Source: Pseudovirgaria hyperparasitica
Lineage: Eukaryota
Length of the DNA stretch: 64,000 bases
NCBI GenBank assembly: GCA_010093815.1
Contig: ML996568.1
Reading direction: 5' to 3' (one strand)
Below are positions 12,200 through 25,427 of the stretch, in pieces. Both the position numbers and the translations under genes were made by a program. Position 1 is the first letter of the stretch; each line of letters begins with the position of its first letter. A model generated the notes under the pieces. That model was not told the origin of the DNA, did no database searches, and saw only the letters and a list, made by a program, of their open reading frames with translations.

Positions 12200-13472
12200 A
12201 TGCAAACCCTCGAGATACTCGACTACGGCGACCCTGTAAACTCGAGCGATGAGGAAGAAGTCGACGACCTCGAGGAGAATGCCGAACCTCTCATACTATA
12301 CTTCCAGCCGCCCTTCTACTACCCAATCTGCATCGGCAACACCCTGGCCCAGAGATACCGCATCGAGCACAAACTCGGCCACGGCGGCTTCTCGACCGTG
12401 TGGATGGCGCACGACGTCCTGACAAACACGGACGTCGCCCTCAAGATCACGACGCTCGCCAGAGACGAGATCGATCGTGAAGGAAATATGCATGATGAGA
12501 TCCGCCGGCGTGTCCAGGACACGTCTAATCTCCTCCTCGCTCATCAAGATGCCTCGTTCTCGCTCCCGAGCTCCCCTGGCGGCGATGGATTTCATCGAGT
12601 TTACGTGTTTCCCCTGCGTGGGCCAAGTCTGCATTCTTGCTTCGCTGTCATGTCTATGGCTGAGCGCATGGCTGCCGCGAAACAGCTGCTCGAAGCCCTA
12701 AAACGCCTTCACGACGCTGGTATCGTGCATCGAGGTCCGCCTTCCCCTGTGTTCACCAGAATCTACCCCCGCGCTCACCACACTCCCAGATCTCAACGAC
12801 AAAAACGTCCTATGCGGCATCACACCCCTCGACACCCTCCCCACCACAACAAAATACACCCTCCTCACCCGGCCTAAAAAGATCCGCCTGCGAACCCCGT
12901 CAGGCCTCCTCGGCAACCTCGTCCGTCCCGTCATCGTCCCGCCCACCCACATCAACACCCGCTCAATCTCCCTCTGCGACTTCGGCCTCGCTGCCACAAC
13001 CCCTGTGTCCAGCTCCACCCCCCAAGGCCCCGGCGCGTGGTGCGCGCCCGAACGCCTGCACGGCTACGCTGCTACCCGCGCCAGCGACATGTGGAGCTAC
13101 ACCTGCATTCTCGCGAAGCTGTATATTGGGGAACTACCGTGGTCTATCTACGGCGAGGCGCCGCGCGGGTTTGTGCGTGCGCTGGGGCCGCTGCCGGGGG
13201 AGTGGGCGGGGAGGTATTGGAGGCCTGGGTGGGAGGCGGCGAAGTGGTATGATGCCGCGTTGCTGCGGCCGGAGGTGGAGCCGGAGGCTATGTTGGGGGC
13301 GGTGCTGGCGAGGGCGAGGGGGGATGTTGAAGAGGAGAAGGAGGAGGAGGAGGAGAGGAGGCGGGTTGTGGAGCGGGTGTTGCGGAGGGGGTTTTGTTAT
13401 GATGCTGCGCGGCGGATTACGGCGGCGGAGTTGCTGGGGGATGGGGAGTTTTGGGGGGTGTTTGGGCTGTGA
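12200..13472 (+). CDS. SRPK-like (CMGC) Ser/Thr protein kinase; intron 12735-12789
   Basis: KLGHGGFSTVWMA, VALKI, HR|DLNDKNVL after splicing, CDFG, WCAPE, SDMWS, RRITAAELL. Confidence 0.85.
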
Positions 13473-13764
13473 TTGGTTGTGTTGTTGGTATATTATTAGC
13501 ATGTAGGACTAGGAGTCTTGTTCTAGTATATCAGACCAGCTAACCCTCTATACTCTACAGCAATGAGAAAGAAAAGGTCTAATATCTCTATATATATAAG
13601 CGCTCCTACTATAGTAGATGGATGTCTTAGGTTACCCCCCCCCGAAAAAAAAAATCCCTTAACTAACCTAAATCAAGCGTAGATACACGTATATAATATA
13701 ATATAACATGGCATAATCGAGCGCTAAACATACCTATATAGTAGAGTAAAAACACTCTACTACT

Positions 13765-13978
13765 AAGAAGAAGAAGAAGAGAAAGGGAGAGAGAGAGAAA
13801 GGGAGAGAGAGAGAAAGGGAGAGAGAGAGAAAGGGAGAGAGAGAGAAAGGGAGAGAGAGAGAAAGGGAGAGANNNNNNNNNNAGAGAAAGGGAGAGAGAG
13901 AGAAAGGGAGAGAGAGAGAAAGGGAGAGAGAGAGAAAGGGAGAGAGAGAGAAAGGGAGAGAGAGAGAAAGGGAGAGAC
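13765..13978. repeat. GA-rich tandem repeat (about 16-18 nt unit, GAAAGGGAGAGAGAGA) containing an assembly gap (N, 13873-13882)
   Basis: Directly visible. True length unknown because of the gap. Confidence 0.95.
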
Positions 13979-14399
13979 TCCCAAAATATCTATATCATCC
14001 CACCACCTAAGCCTCTCTCTCCCTCCCGCTCCAACGCTCCAACAATATATATATCCATAGAGCAAGTAGAGAAACAACGTACCAAGCAAGACCTTACTTA
14101 CCCTTCAATGACATCTTTTCTTTTACACGTATAACGTCTATAAAGTCCCATCCAAGTAGTATGTAACCATAAGACTACCTCTAGTGTAGTAGTATCACGT
14201 CTACATACAGACCACTCGATAGAGAGACGCAAGGGTTTTGTGTGGAGAAGGATGTATATAGTAGGGATTTCAAATATGTGGAATTGATAGACACATGGCC
14301 TTTCTATCTACTCCAGCCGAAGGACACTTCTATATCTAGTAGTAGGCACAGACCCGTATTCATTCTCCACCCCTTTACTCCTCCCCCTCCCCCTCTCCC

Positions 14400-16758
14400 T
14401 CACTCATCCCCCTCACTCCCCCCCTCCCCCTCCCCCTCATCCTCACTCCCACTCTCCTCCCCCTCACTACTCTCCTCCCGCAAAAACTCCACCAGCGCCC
14501 CCGTCTTCGCCCGCACCCGCACCAACCCCTCACTCGCCACCGCGCGCGCATCCTCCCACCACTGCTCCACGCCCTCGGGCTCGACAACATCCATCTCGAC
14601 GAGCTTCGTCGCCGCGCGGACGAGAATGGCCTCGCCCTGGTCGCGATGCACGAGGTCGGCCTGGAGCAGGAGGAGGAAGTCTACCTGGTCGGGCCGGTCC
14701 GTCTGGCCGCGGTCGAACATGGTGCGGGCGAGGACTTGTTTCTGGGTGCCGAAGACGGCGTCGACTGCGTCTTTGACGGAGGACGGGGGAGTTGTTGTTG
14801 TTGTGGTGGTGTTTGTTGTGGATGTGGATGTGGATGTGGTGGTGTTAGGGCCGGAAACGAGCTGCGCAACGCGCTTTGCAAAGGCGGTTGCGACGGCGCG
14901 GCGGACTTGGTGCTCTGAGGCGTTTGTCGTCATGCGCAGGGCGGTGAGCTCGAGGTTGATGTTTGCGGACTCGTGGCCGCGCTCGAGCGAGTCGAGGATG
15001 CTGGACGTGGCGTCGTGGTCGAAGTTTGCGGCGTGCTGGGAGGACTGCGAGTCGAGGGAGCCGACGGAGAGGAAGGAGGAGCCGGCGGAGCGGGAGCGCG
15101 ACGGGCCGGTGATGTGGTCGTGGTCGTGGTCGAGGGCGAGGTCCACATCGTCGTCGTCGTCGGAGTTGAGTGTGGAGATTGAGGCTGTGGATAGGGAGAG
15201 GGAGGACATGTTGTATACTGTTTGTGTTAGATTCTGTTGGTTTGGGGGGATTTGACGAACACGTACCGAGACCGCGCTCGTGGGAGATGAGGCCTGGCAC
15301 GACTTCTTCTTCTTCGTCTTCGTCCTCGTCGATCAATTCGAAGCCGTCACCGCCTTCGCCGACGACGGCAGCGTCGGCGTGGCCCTTTTCAATGTCCTCG
15401 CCTTCTTTCCGGCGACGCTTGGCGCGGGTGAGTCGGCTTGTGCCTTTCACCTTGACGCCGTCTGCGATGCGCACACCGTAGGAGATGAGCGCACCAGGCT
15501 CAACCACACATTTCCTCCCAATCACCACCTCGTCCGCGAGGATGGCCTTCTTGACCACAGAGCCGTCGGAGACGGTGGCGGAATTCCAGATATACGCGCC
15601 GTCAATAACCACGTTCTTGCCAATCTGGACGTCTCGGCCTATTATGCTGTTGGAGATGACCGAGCCCTCTGCTATGCTCGAGCCACGTCCGATGACGGTG
15701 TTCTTATCAATCTTGCAGGACCGCGCGAGGATGATGTTCTTTTCCAGGTAGATGTTGCCCCACTGCAGCGTGTACGACTGTCCGCCTACCAGGTTCGTGT
15801 CCGGGCACAAGGGATAGGCCCATCGCGAGACAATGTCCTTGCTGATGGAGTCGTACGTGTGCAGGTTCCGCACACGGGCGGCATAATTCTTCGACACGAT
15901 GTGCGTATGTGTCGTCTTCCCATTGAGCTCGTAGTCCTTTAGCACACTGTGCAGGAAGCCCTTGCGCGGCGCCTGGAAGTCGAAATTGTCGCTCCAGAGC
16001 GCCAGCACGTCCGGCGTGCAGATGTCTATCCCGCAATCAATCAGATCCTGCCGTATCTCCAACTCTTGATGGTCCGACAGCAGCCACTCATCGATGGAGA
16101 CGGCGCTCTTCTGTTCCCGGTTCGGCATCTGCTCGAAATGAAGACATCGCTCTTTCCGTGGGTCGATGACGAATATCGGCGACGTGCCTTGTGCCTTTGT
16201 CCTGTGCTTGTTGCCCGCCTCCCGTAGCACCATCGTCATGATGGCGTTTCTGTCCTTTGCGCGCCGCGCTCGGTGTTGTGCCAGTGCTGTCTCGAGCGGG
16301 AGATTGCTGACGACGTCGCCGTAAACAACGAGAAAGTCGCCGTTGAGGATTGCGCGGTTGTCGAGGTCGCGCATGGCGTCGCCTATGGAGCTTGACGCGG
16401 ACCGCAGGATCTCGACGTTTCTGAACGGCGACGTCCTGGAAACCCATTTCGACTTCTTCACATATTCCTCCAGCTGATCCGTGTGCGCACCACAATACAC
16501 GTACACTTCCTCGACGCCGGCATTCGCGAGGAATTCAAATGTGTACTCGATGAGCGGGGTGTTGGCGAGAGGCAGCAAGCACTAGATTGAAAATTAGTTG
16601 GCGATGAACACGACTATAGAATAACTAGAAAGTCTTACCCTCGGCCGCTCGAGAGTGAAGGGACTGAATCTCGTCTCGAACGGGTCGGCCAGTATCAGGG
16701 CCTGCAGCGGATCCTCGGCGCCCTCGTCCTGCTTCGACGTCTTTGGTTTCGGGGCCAT
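14400..16758 (-). CDS. GCD6: Translation initiation factor eIF2B epsilon subunit; exons 16758-16639, 16581-15267, 15217-14400
   Basis: LQALILADPFETRFSPFTLERPR|CLLPLAN, DNFDFQ, hexapeptide left-handed beta-helix repeats, catalytic LELTALRM in the W2/HEAT domain. Confidence 0.95.
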
Positions 16759-17761
16759 GGCGCGGCGGAGGAGTTGCCGACTTTGTAGCTGTCTGCTTAA
16801 GCGTGTGAGGAATGTGACGAGTGTGTTCAGGAAATGGTTGAGCCAGTCACATAAAGTTGAAGTTGAGGTTGAAGTTGAAGTCTAATTGTTCAAGAAAAGA
16901 AAATCCGGCCAGTAGCGTGGTGTCAAGGATGAGGCAAGGTCAAGAAGGGCGGGGTTTTGGAGAGGGAGGGAGGGGGGGGGGGGGGGGAGTCAGGGCATGG
17001 GAGTCATGACATGGATTGGCTCTCATTATGCACAGGGCGCTGTCTGGAATCTGTCTGGATAACCGTTATTCTGCAGGGAACAAATGAATGGCATTCAATA
17101 TTAGCCTTTTGTTTGTCCGCCCTATTCCTGTTCCTGTCCCTGTTCCTGTTCCTTGGGCCCAGAATCCCATCATCGACCTTCTAGACTGACACCCAAGCCA
17201 AATCACAACCAGGGATGCACAACCCAGGCGGATCGACTGGGATCGACTGGGATCGATAGTCGATAGTCCTTAATAGCATGACCACCTAATCTCTGCGCCC
17301 TATATAGTCCTCTTCCCCAGCCTTTTGTCTCGCTGTCGCATCATGCTCACGAGAAGGAACACGACCAAAACAATTTTTTTTTATATATTAACCTTTTCGG
17401 TCCTTGTTAATCGTTTATTCTTCAAACAATCACGCGTTGGCAGTGTTGCGCGTGGTGTTGACTGTCTGCCAGCTCTCAAAAACGTTTCTTGTAGGGCCCT
17501 TCGTCTTGCAAAGGGCCAGAACTGCGACATTGTCGCAGTGGGTATCAATCCATTGCCCTCTAAACGCCTGCCCAATTCACTTCATGCATTAGGCTCAAAT
17601 CAGAGATGGCCGCCAACCCTTTTCGCCGTCATCACAACAAACTGTCTCTCTAGCAGGTCTCCTCGGTTCTCGGCGGCTCGGCGCTTGCCCATATATTCTT
17701 CTTCGTTGTTCATTATACATTTGCAATACGATCGGTCTGATCATATGGGAAAATCTTCAGG

Positions 17762-19935
17762 TCACCTTGGTCGGCCCATAGGATTCATCTGTGGTGGCAT
17801 CGAATTGTACATCTGCTGCCTCTTCGCATCATTCATATCTGGACCACCCGATATGTCCGAAATTTGTCGTCTATGAGACTGATTGGGCTGCTGTTGGCCC
17901 ATTGGTGGTCCCCGTTGGCCACCCATGGGCAGCTGTGATGCATTCCCATACATCGCGCCATAGGGCCCAGGAAGACCCTGCACATTGGCGTAGTCCTCTT
18001 GGACACTGCTCCCCACGGGCGATACACCAGTCAGCTGGTTCGGCGAATTCCAATTGCTGACAGTCGCCGGCGATTTGGATGGCGATTCTTCTTCTTTCAG
18101 CGATTGTCTGGCAGACGTATGTGCCAGAGCCTGGATGGGGTGGCCGATGGGATCCATGTTTGCCGACTTTTTAAGATGCGCGAGGTGCTTCTCGAGGATT
18201 CCAAGCAAGCCTTCCTTGGTGAAGGGTTTCGGCAGCACATCATTCATGCCTGGAGATTGTCAGTTCTGCGACTATGGGATAGATGACAGGACAGAAGAAG
18301 ACTTACCGTGCTGGAAATACATTGAGATATCATCGCTGCGGATATTCGACGTCATCGCAACAATTGGAGTCGGGTCAAACTGGCGAATAAGGTGACAAGC
18401 CGAGACACCGTCAAGATTCGGCATGATGATATCCATCAGAATAAGATCGTACTTCTGTCCGCTATTCATCTTGTTGACTGCCTCGAGACCATCCAGCGCA
18501 CAGTCGATGTTACATTGGAAGGCGTGAAGGAACTTGCCGCCAATACGGCGACACGTCGGATCGTCCTCGACCAGGAGGATCTGTGGGGGACGGACCCAGC
18601 CCGGGTCAATATGCGTGCTCTTCTTCCGCATGTCCGAGGCCTGTGCAACTTGAGGAGCAGCAGCTTGTTCAGGGGCCTTTGCGGGCATTGGGTATGGAAT
18701 GTTGTGGATGTGATCGCCAAACATTGGGTCGATACCGTTGGAAGCGCCTACAGGATATACAAGATGGTCAATGTCGTTACGAGTAGAGCTGGTCGAGCTG
18801 GCCGAATTTGGCGGACCACCCCTGCTGGATGGTCGACCGTTACGGAGGTAGTCTGGCGGTGGGGTCGTGAGAGTGCCGTTCATCCTCATGGAGATTTCAT
18901 TCATGTGCTCTAGATTGCGTGGGTTCAGCATGGCATCCGCATTCGTCTCACTGAGCAGTTTCGAGGCATGCTGCAGCGGAGAAGCAGGCATATCCTCCTC
19001 GAGCGGATCTTGTGGTTGTGGCTGTTGTCCCATGGCGCCGTTCTGCATGGTGCCACTCTGGGCAAATGGGTTGCCGACTCGACTGTCGCGACGCCTCTGA
19101 GCATCTACAGAGTTCAAAAAGACCATGACATTCTGCATGACATGTTCGTGGTTCACGACCGTCTTCTGCAAGCCGATCAACTCCTGCAGAAGCATTGAAT
19201 GGTGAATGCGCAGCTCCTCGTACTGGCCCTGCATCTGCTGCAGTTGCTGCTGGGTAGCGACGAGCTGGGTGTTGACCAGATCCATCTGTTGCGTGGGTAT
19301 CAACATGTCCTCGGGATTTGCATTCGGCTTTCGCGGGGCGGGAGCTTTCCTTCGGATGTTGTCCAGGGCATCCTTGTTGTTCATCTTGAAGTCGGGATGC
19401 TTGAACTCCCACGCCTACCACAAAAAACGTCAGAGTGTGTTCTCTCGTCACGCTGCGCAAAACAAGCACTTACACCAGCACCATATGGAGATTGGCCATT
19501 TTCTTCATTGTTATGACGGACTTTGTGGAAATCGTACTTGTTGAGCTGGCGTACAAAACTCGCAAAGTTGCTGTGCTTGAAGTGCTTTGGTAGGATGTGC
19601 TTTGTAAACTTTTCGTTCTGTCGCGCACGAGTCAGTGACTGTGTGGCAGTGTGTGCCAGGCGGATAACAGGCAGGATGTACCTCGAGTACGACGAAGCTA
19701 TCGCCTTCGTTGCCCCACCGTACAACGGCCTCGTCTGTCTGGTTCTCCAACATTCTGCAGGAAGGTTATTACTGAGTCGGATTGTGATGGCTGTCAGACA
19801 CGAAGGCTTACTTGTATAGCTTGCGAACCTGCGGGGACGAAACATGTTAGCAATTGTCAATAGATAGGACAATAGCAGGCTCAGTCTTACAAAGTCGCTG
19901 GAGTTGTTGGCTCCAGAGGCGGCGGAATTGTCCAT
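17762..19935 (-). CDS. SKN7: Skn7/Prr1/SrrA stress response regulator (HSF DNA-binding domain, coiled coil, receiver domain); multi-exon with a VRKLYK micro-exon
   Basis: HFKHSNFASFVRQLNKYDFHKV, ILLVEDD, LILMDIIMPNLDG (phospho-Asp), MNDVLPKPFTK. Confidence 0.95.
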
Positions 19936-22900
19936 GATCGGCTGTCGGGCGAGTGGTTGAGCTAGCTCTCAGCAGCAAGGGAGGGGGGTGCAAGCTGCGG
20001 TGGTAAGAAGCTCAACGGACAAGCAAGGCCGACGCGATCGAGGACGAAGAGTCGCAATCAACGAGTGATGATGGTCCGATGTATCTGTCCAGTCGCGCAA
20101 GGGAGTAGAACAGTAGTAGCAGCAGCACAGTAGTAGCAGTCGTGGATAAAGTGGAATTGAAGAAGACCGGGGGAGGAGAGGAGTAAGCGAAATCGACGAT
20201 GGAATGGGCCCAAGCTCGTATCGGACAGTTTGGGGAGCTTGGTAGCGACTCAGGATTGGGAAGCAGGGTTTGCTTATGGGGCCGACGGGAGTCTGGCAGA
20301 AGATACAAGATGTAGAGCGAGGGTGAAGAGCGATTGATGGTAGAGCGAACAGAGTATCAAAAGATGATGAAAATGATGATGAAGATGATGATGACGATGG
20401 CAATGACGACGATGCTGAAGACGAGCAGGCCTGGCAGTCTGTGATGGATGGATCTGGAGTGGATAAGAATAAAAGAACGGAGCCAGTCAAGAGTGGTCCA
20501 GAAGTCCAGGAGTCCAGGAGTCCAGAGACGAGAGAATGAATTGAGGGGGAAAGACAAGAGGGCACGACCAGGTACAAAAAGGACGAGGAAAGTGATATAG
20601 TGGTTGGTGGTGGTAGTAGTTGTCGTAGTCGTCGTCGTAGCAGTCGAAGTAGAGAGAGAGAGTCCGGCCGACGATGGACGATGGATGGATAGTGGGCAGG
20701 AGGATGAAAGAGTCGAAGAAGGAATCCCTGACTCTCTTCTTTTTTTTAATCCCGTTTCTTCTCACTCACTCGCTCTCTCTCTCTCACTCTTACACCCTCA
20801 CACTAATTTACTACACCCACACACTCTTTCTTGCCCGTGTTGCCGGCGGATCTGAGCCGTCGGGCGTCACTGGCGGTTGGTCAGAGCGGCCGGCAGCGCA
20901 CGAGGAGAGAGGGGGGTGAAAGGATTGTGATAGCGAGACCCAGCAGCCAGGACAGCAGCCAGTAGCCAGTAATTATCCAGTAGAGACACAGACACAGACA
21001 CAGACGCTGATGATTGTAGTCTCCACTAATTCACTGATTATTGTGCAGCTGCTGCAGCCAAAACAGATGCATCCACCCCAATTAAATGATCGTATGCGCC
21101 CCCTGTTTAGCTTCTTGAGCTTATTTAGCAGGTTTAGCGCGACCAGGGGGGGAGGAGAGCACCAGGTAGAGGTAGTAGTAGTAGAATTAGCAGCAGCAGC
21201 AGCCACGTCCCCGGGCAGAGACTGTGGACGTGGGAATTGTGGAGTTTGGGTGGAGTGGAGGAGAGATGTATATGCTGTGTAGGGATAGGGGTAGGTAGGT
21301 AGTTCGGAGTGTAGGAAGAAAAGTCGTGGGCTGGACGGCTAGCACCTGTCAGCAGCGACAACGACGGTGTGATTTCGAGCGTCGTGGCCTCGATAATAAT
21401 AAGAATAAAGAAGAATTACGCATCTCAGCTCGTCGGCGTGATGAATGCTTGTAAGAGCCTTGTCCTTCTATACCGCTGGAGACAGTCCTGGACTGAGTGT
21501 GGGAGGTATTTATACTTGTATCTCCTTCACATCGTGCAAAGCTAACCTGCCATACAACCACTCTTTCAACTCATGTCGTCAAAAAGATACATTTCACAAG
21601 GAACCATATACGGGCCTTGACGGACATGAGCCAGCAAAACTAATTACCCAGTAATAAAGGTGGTAGTCCTAGTGGTAGAATTGGGGAAGTGAACCAACGC
21701 ACTGTTCTTGGGACCAACCTTTTCTCTGTCTATACTAATTATCCAAACATGAGATAACGCTCCTCGATATTCCGAAACCTCATTAATCGTCACGGTGGCA
21801 GTGTGGCTGTAGCTTATCCTTCAGCTTCACATTCACAGCTCACTACTGCGGCCTGTGCCAGCGCTACTTACTCTCCTAGCCCACTCGGACTTTCCCATAC
21901 CCATCCACCCACGCATCCGATACCACTGTCGACGGGGCATTATTACCATCTTCATATCCTCTACCAGTGTCAGACATCTGGATGTGTGGCCTGGAAGTTA
22001 TCATAGATGTATGACTTGTTGACTGCCAAACTAATACCGTCCACTGCAGCTTATCCCGTTCACAGTCGGCTTCCAAATCGCTGTAATCAGCCAGCATCAA
22101 GTCTTCTTCTTCCCTTTTCCTTGCCTTTTCCATGCCATCGCATTCTTTTTTTTCCCTCTCCACTTCCATATTACTATGCAACGCCACATGTTTCCTTTGC
22201 CTCGGGAGTCCAAGTGCAGTGGCTGTGTTCGGAACTGGCTCATGTCCGGTAATTATTGGGCGTCCGCTGGTCCAGCCCCTACCCTGGACGCCCGCCGCAT
22301 ACTTCTTCGACACCACCACTTGCACGTCGGCGTCGCCGTCACAACTCATATCGTGGCTTGCCCGAAAACGTACATTCGGGCGCTGCGACGTACGAATGCG
22401 CTGTAGTATAAACGTTGGACCTTTCCCATCATGCCACTTCAGCTGCCATGGAGAGAGTAAGCACTGCACCTGGAATGGAATGGATCAGCTCCCATCAATA
22501 ATAGCAGAGCACACGACATACACCTTTCAACACTTTGTATATTCATACCATACCATAAAGTGAAGTGAGCACTGCTGGAGGTCTAGACCGTCCGGCCTGC
22601 AGAATTCTCACCTTCGCACCCCCGGCACGGCTTGTAGGGCTGTTATCCCGATCTGTCTCACTACTGCTTCATGCCTGTTCCCTGCGCAAATCTCGACATT
22701 TCCGATGCTGTCTGTACATATGTATCATGTAGTCGCTTCGATGCAGGAATGGGACGTCGGCTTTATGTTCGCCAGTAAATCCTATCTCGCTGCCAGTTGC
22801 GCTTCATCGTCTCGTGCCCTGCCTGTCACCGTAAACTCCGCCATACGAGCTATAAGCAATAAATACTCAACTGGATAAAACACGAGTATGGCCAGAAGGA

Positions 22901-23262
22901 CGACGCGCCAGGGGGAAGCACAGACTCGGAGACATCTCCTCGGCTCGTCTCGTCTCGTTTCGTCACGTAACCTTAGCGGAGTGATTGCGTATGTGTTTGC
23001 CAAAAGACTACTACTATAGTACAGTATACATGGATTAAGCATTCGCAGTGGCCTGAGCAAACCACGCCTCGGCCGAGTGGGCCCGACTGGAACATCCGAC
23101 CAAACTTGAAGCTTCCAACGTCAACCAACAACCTCTTCGCCTCTTCTGCTCTCGTGAGTCGTCAAGAACTGCTCCCCCACATCAATCCTACTACGCCCAT
23201 CTCTGCTTGTGGCTGTCGCTCTAACTCTTATCGTCTGTTTTGTCTTCATTCATCCTCACGTC

Positions 23263-24506
23263 ATGCTGTCTCTTCGTCGCGCCTTGCCATCTCCGCCTAA
23301 TGCCGCCCGGTGCTTTCACTCGACCGCGCGTCGTTTTGTCAAAGCTGGAGATACCATCCCGGATGTTCCCCTCATGGAGAACTCGCCGGGGAACACGGTG
23401 TCTCTGGCAAAAGAGCTCAGCGGCAATGGTATCATCATTGGTGCGTCTCCACAACCGGTAATACTTACCACATTGCCCCGTGGCCTGCTGGGACCGCGTA
23501 TCGTACCGAGCCAATCAACCCCTTTGACTAATCGCTTCCACAGGTGTACCAGCTGCCTTTTCTCCATCTTGCTCAGAGTCACACATCCCGGGCTATATCA
23601 ACTCTCCAAAAATCAAGAACGCTGGTGCGGTTTTTGTTGTCTCCGTCAATGATGCATTCGTGTACGCTTGCTTTCATTTCGTGTCCCTGATGTTCTGTCT
23701 AAAGCAGAATGGATTTCATTTGCCAAGCAGCTGTTTACACGCTATTCTACGTCGGTCCTATTCATGGACGTGGTTTTGCAAGACATGAACAATTTTTTTT
23801 TGGTTCACGAATCATCCACTCATATCTGACGTGAACACAGCATGAAGGCATGGAAAGCCTCACTGGATCCCGATAGCAAGAGCGGCGTACGTCCTCTCTC
23901 ATTCATTGTGTACCATCATCACATCATTCCTCTCTCATCGCCTCTTCATGTTCTCCACATACACACAACGATATGCTAATGTCCCACAGATCAGATTCCT
24001 CGCTGACCCATCCGCGGCATTTGCCAAATCACTTGACCTCACCTTCGACGCCCCCCAGATCTTCGGCGGACCACGCAGCAAGCGATACGCCCTCCTGATC
24101 AAGGACGGGAAAGTTGCGGAAGCTCACATCGAGCCCGACAACACCGGCCTCAACAGTGAGTCTTTGCACCCCTTTCCCCCTATTTCACTTCGGTCTGGGT
24201 GGATCCCCCGTCGCGCCTATCTAGTATACATACCCGCCTTCCGCTTCCCTCTGGTCTGCTTTCCGGACCCCCTCTTTTGAACGTCGCTGGTGGAGCTGCT
24301 GTTGTGTCGGTACGCTGCGGCACGACCGCACTGTCCCGCTCACACCTGCATATGGTGGAGCCGTTGGAAGCCTTCTCGAATATCCAACCACTCGGTGGCT
24401 TGTTCGCTCGAATATACGAAAACTTGCTGATCTGCTTGACTCATAATAAACTGACGCAACTTGACTGACTTCCACAGTTTCCGCGGCTGAGAAAGTCCTC
24501 CAATGA
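23263..24506 (+). CDS. Prx5/Ahp1-type peroxiredoxin with predicted mitochondrial presequence; 5 exons
   Basis: Arg-rich leader MLSLRRALP..RCFHSTARR, GVPAAFSPSCSESHIPGY (peroxidatic Cys), VSVNDAFV, IRFLADP, RSKRYA, last exon ISAAEKVLQ. Confidence 0.9.
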
Positions 24507-24892
24507 GCATGCCTGCCCATGAAGCTCATCTCCCGCATATACGCGGATCGTAGAATGGTAGACTGGCAGATTGGATGGTCGAGCACAACAAGGTGATGAA
24601 TTCACGCTCCTGTGGTGCGGTATGTAGTACGTATATCGTCACGTTGAAGTAGGATACGTTCCGTGGTATGCCGAGATAGTAGTATATATATGAGTGCGCA
24701 TCTCGCAAACTTGCAATCATATACTACACACACTCAAACATACATACATACATACGAATAAGCAGCCTAGAAGCAACCTCAACACCCAATCAACACCCAA
24801 CATACCACCAACATATAAACCCCAGCAAATATTCACATATCCATCCTACAACTCCAAATTCCCAAATCCTCCATTACTCGATACACCGGGCC

Positions 24893-25050
24893 ACTACTCT
24901 CCTCTACTCTCCTCTCCCCTACTCTCCTCTCCCCTACTCACTACTCTCCCCTACTCACTACTCTCCCCTACTCACTACTCTCCCCTACTCACTACTCTCC
25001 CCTACTCTCCTCTCCTCTACTCTCCTCCCCTACTCTCCTCTCCCCTACTC
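24893..25050. repeat. Pyrimidine-rich minisatellite (CTACTCTCCTCTCCC / CTACTCACTACTCTCCC units)
   Basis: Directly visible degenerate tandem units of 15-17 nt. Confidence 0.85.
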
Positions 25051-25427
25051 TATCCCACCCTATATCACCACCACCAACACCCAGCCCTCTCCACTCCCAC
25101 TCACACCCATCCTCCCCCCTCATCCTCCCAAGCCACTGCTCTCACCACAAAATACAACGTAGAACACGCACAATATACCACTATCACGATTCATAAAGAC
25201 TAGACTAGACTGTGATGACCGTGACTGTGAAGACTGTGTGCATCTACAGCACCAGCCTACGAGGTATATACATATCGAACTTTTTGCACCCAAAGATAGC
25301 CCCGAAACGCCGTTTGATATGCACACATTACACAGACACGGACACAAACACAGATACACATCGCACTACTCTCCTTCTCCTTCTCCTTCTCTCCAATCCT
25401 CTCCCTCTCCCTCCCTCTCCTTCTCCA

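Noticed and set aside
19969..22563. Multiple 60-200 aa ORFs upstream of SKN7
   Set aside because: Low-complexity, mostly non-ATG starts and no recognisable domains.
24504..24600. Stop-codon readthrough to a cryptic PTS1 in the peroxiredoxin
   Set aside because: The context is TGA GCA rather than TGA CTA, and the extension does not end in an SKL-like tripeptide.
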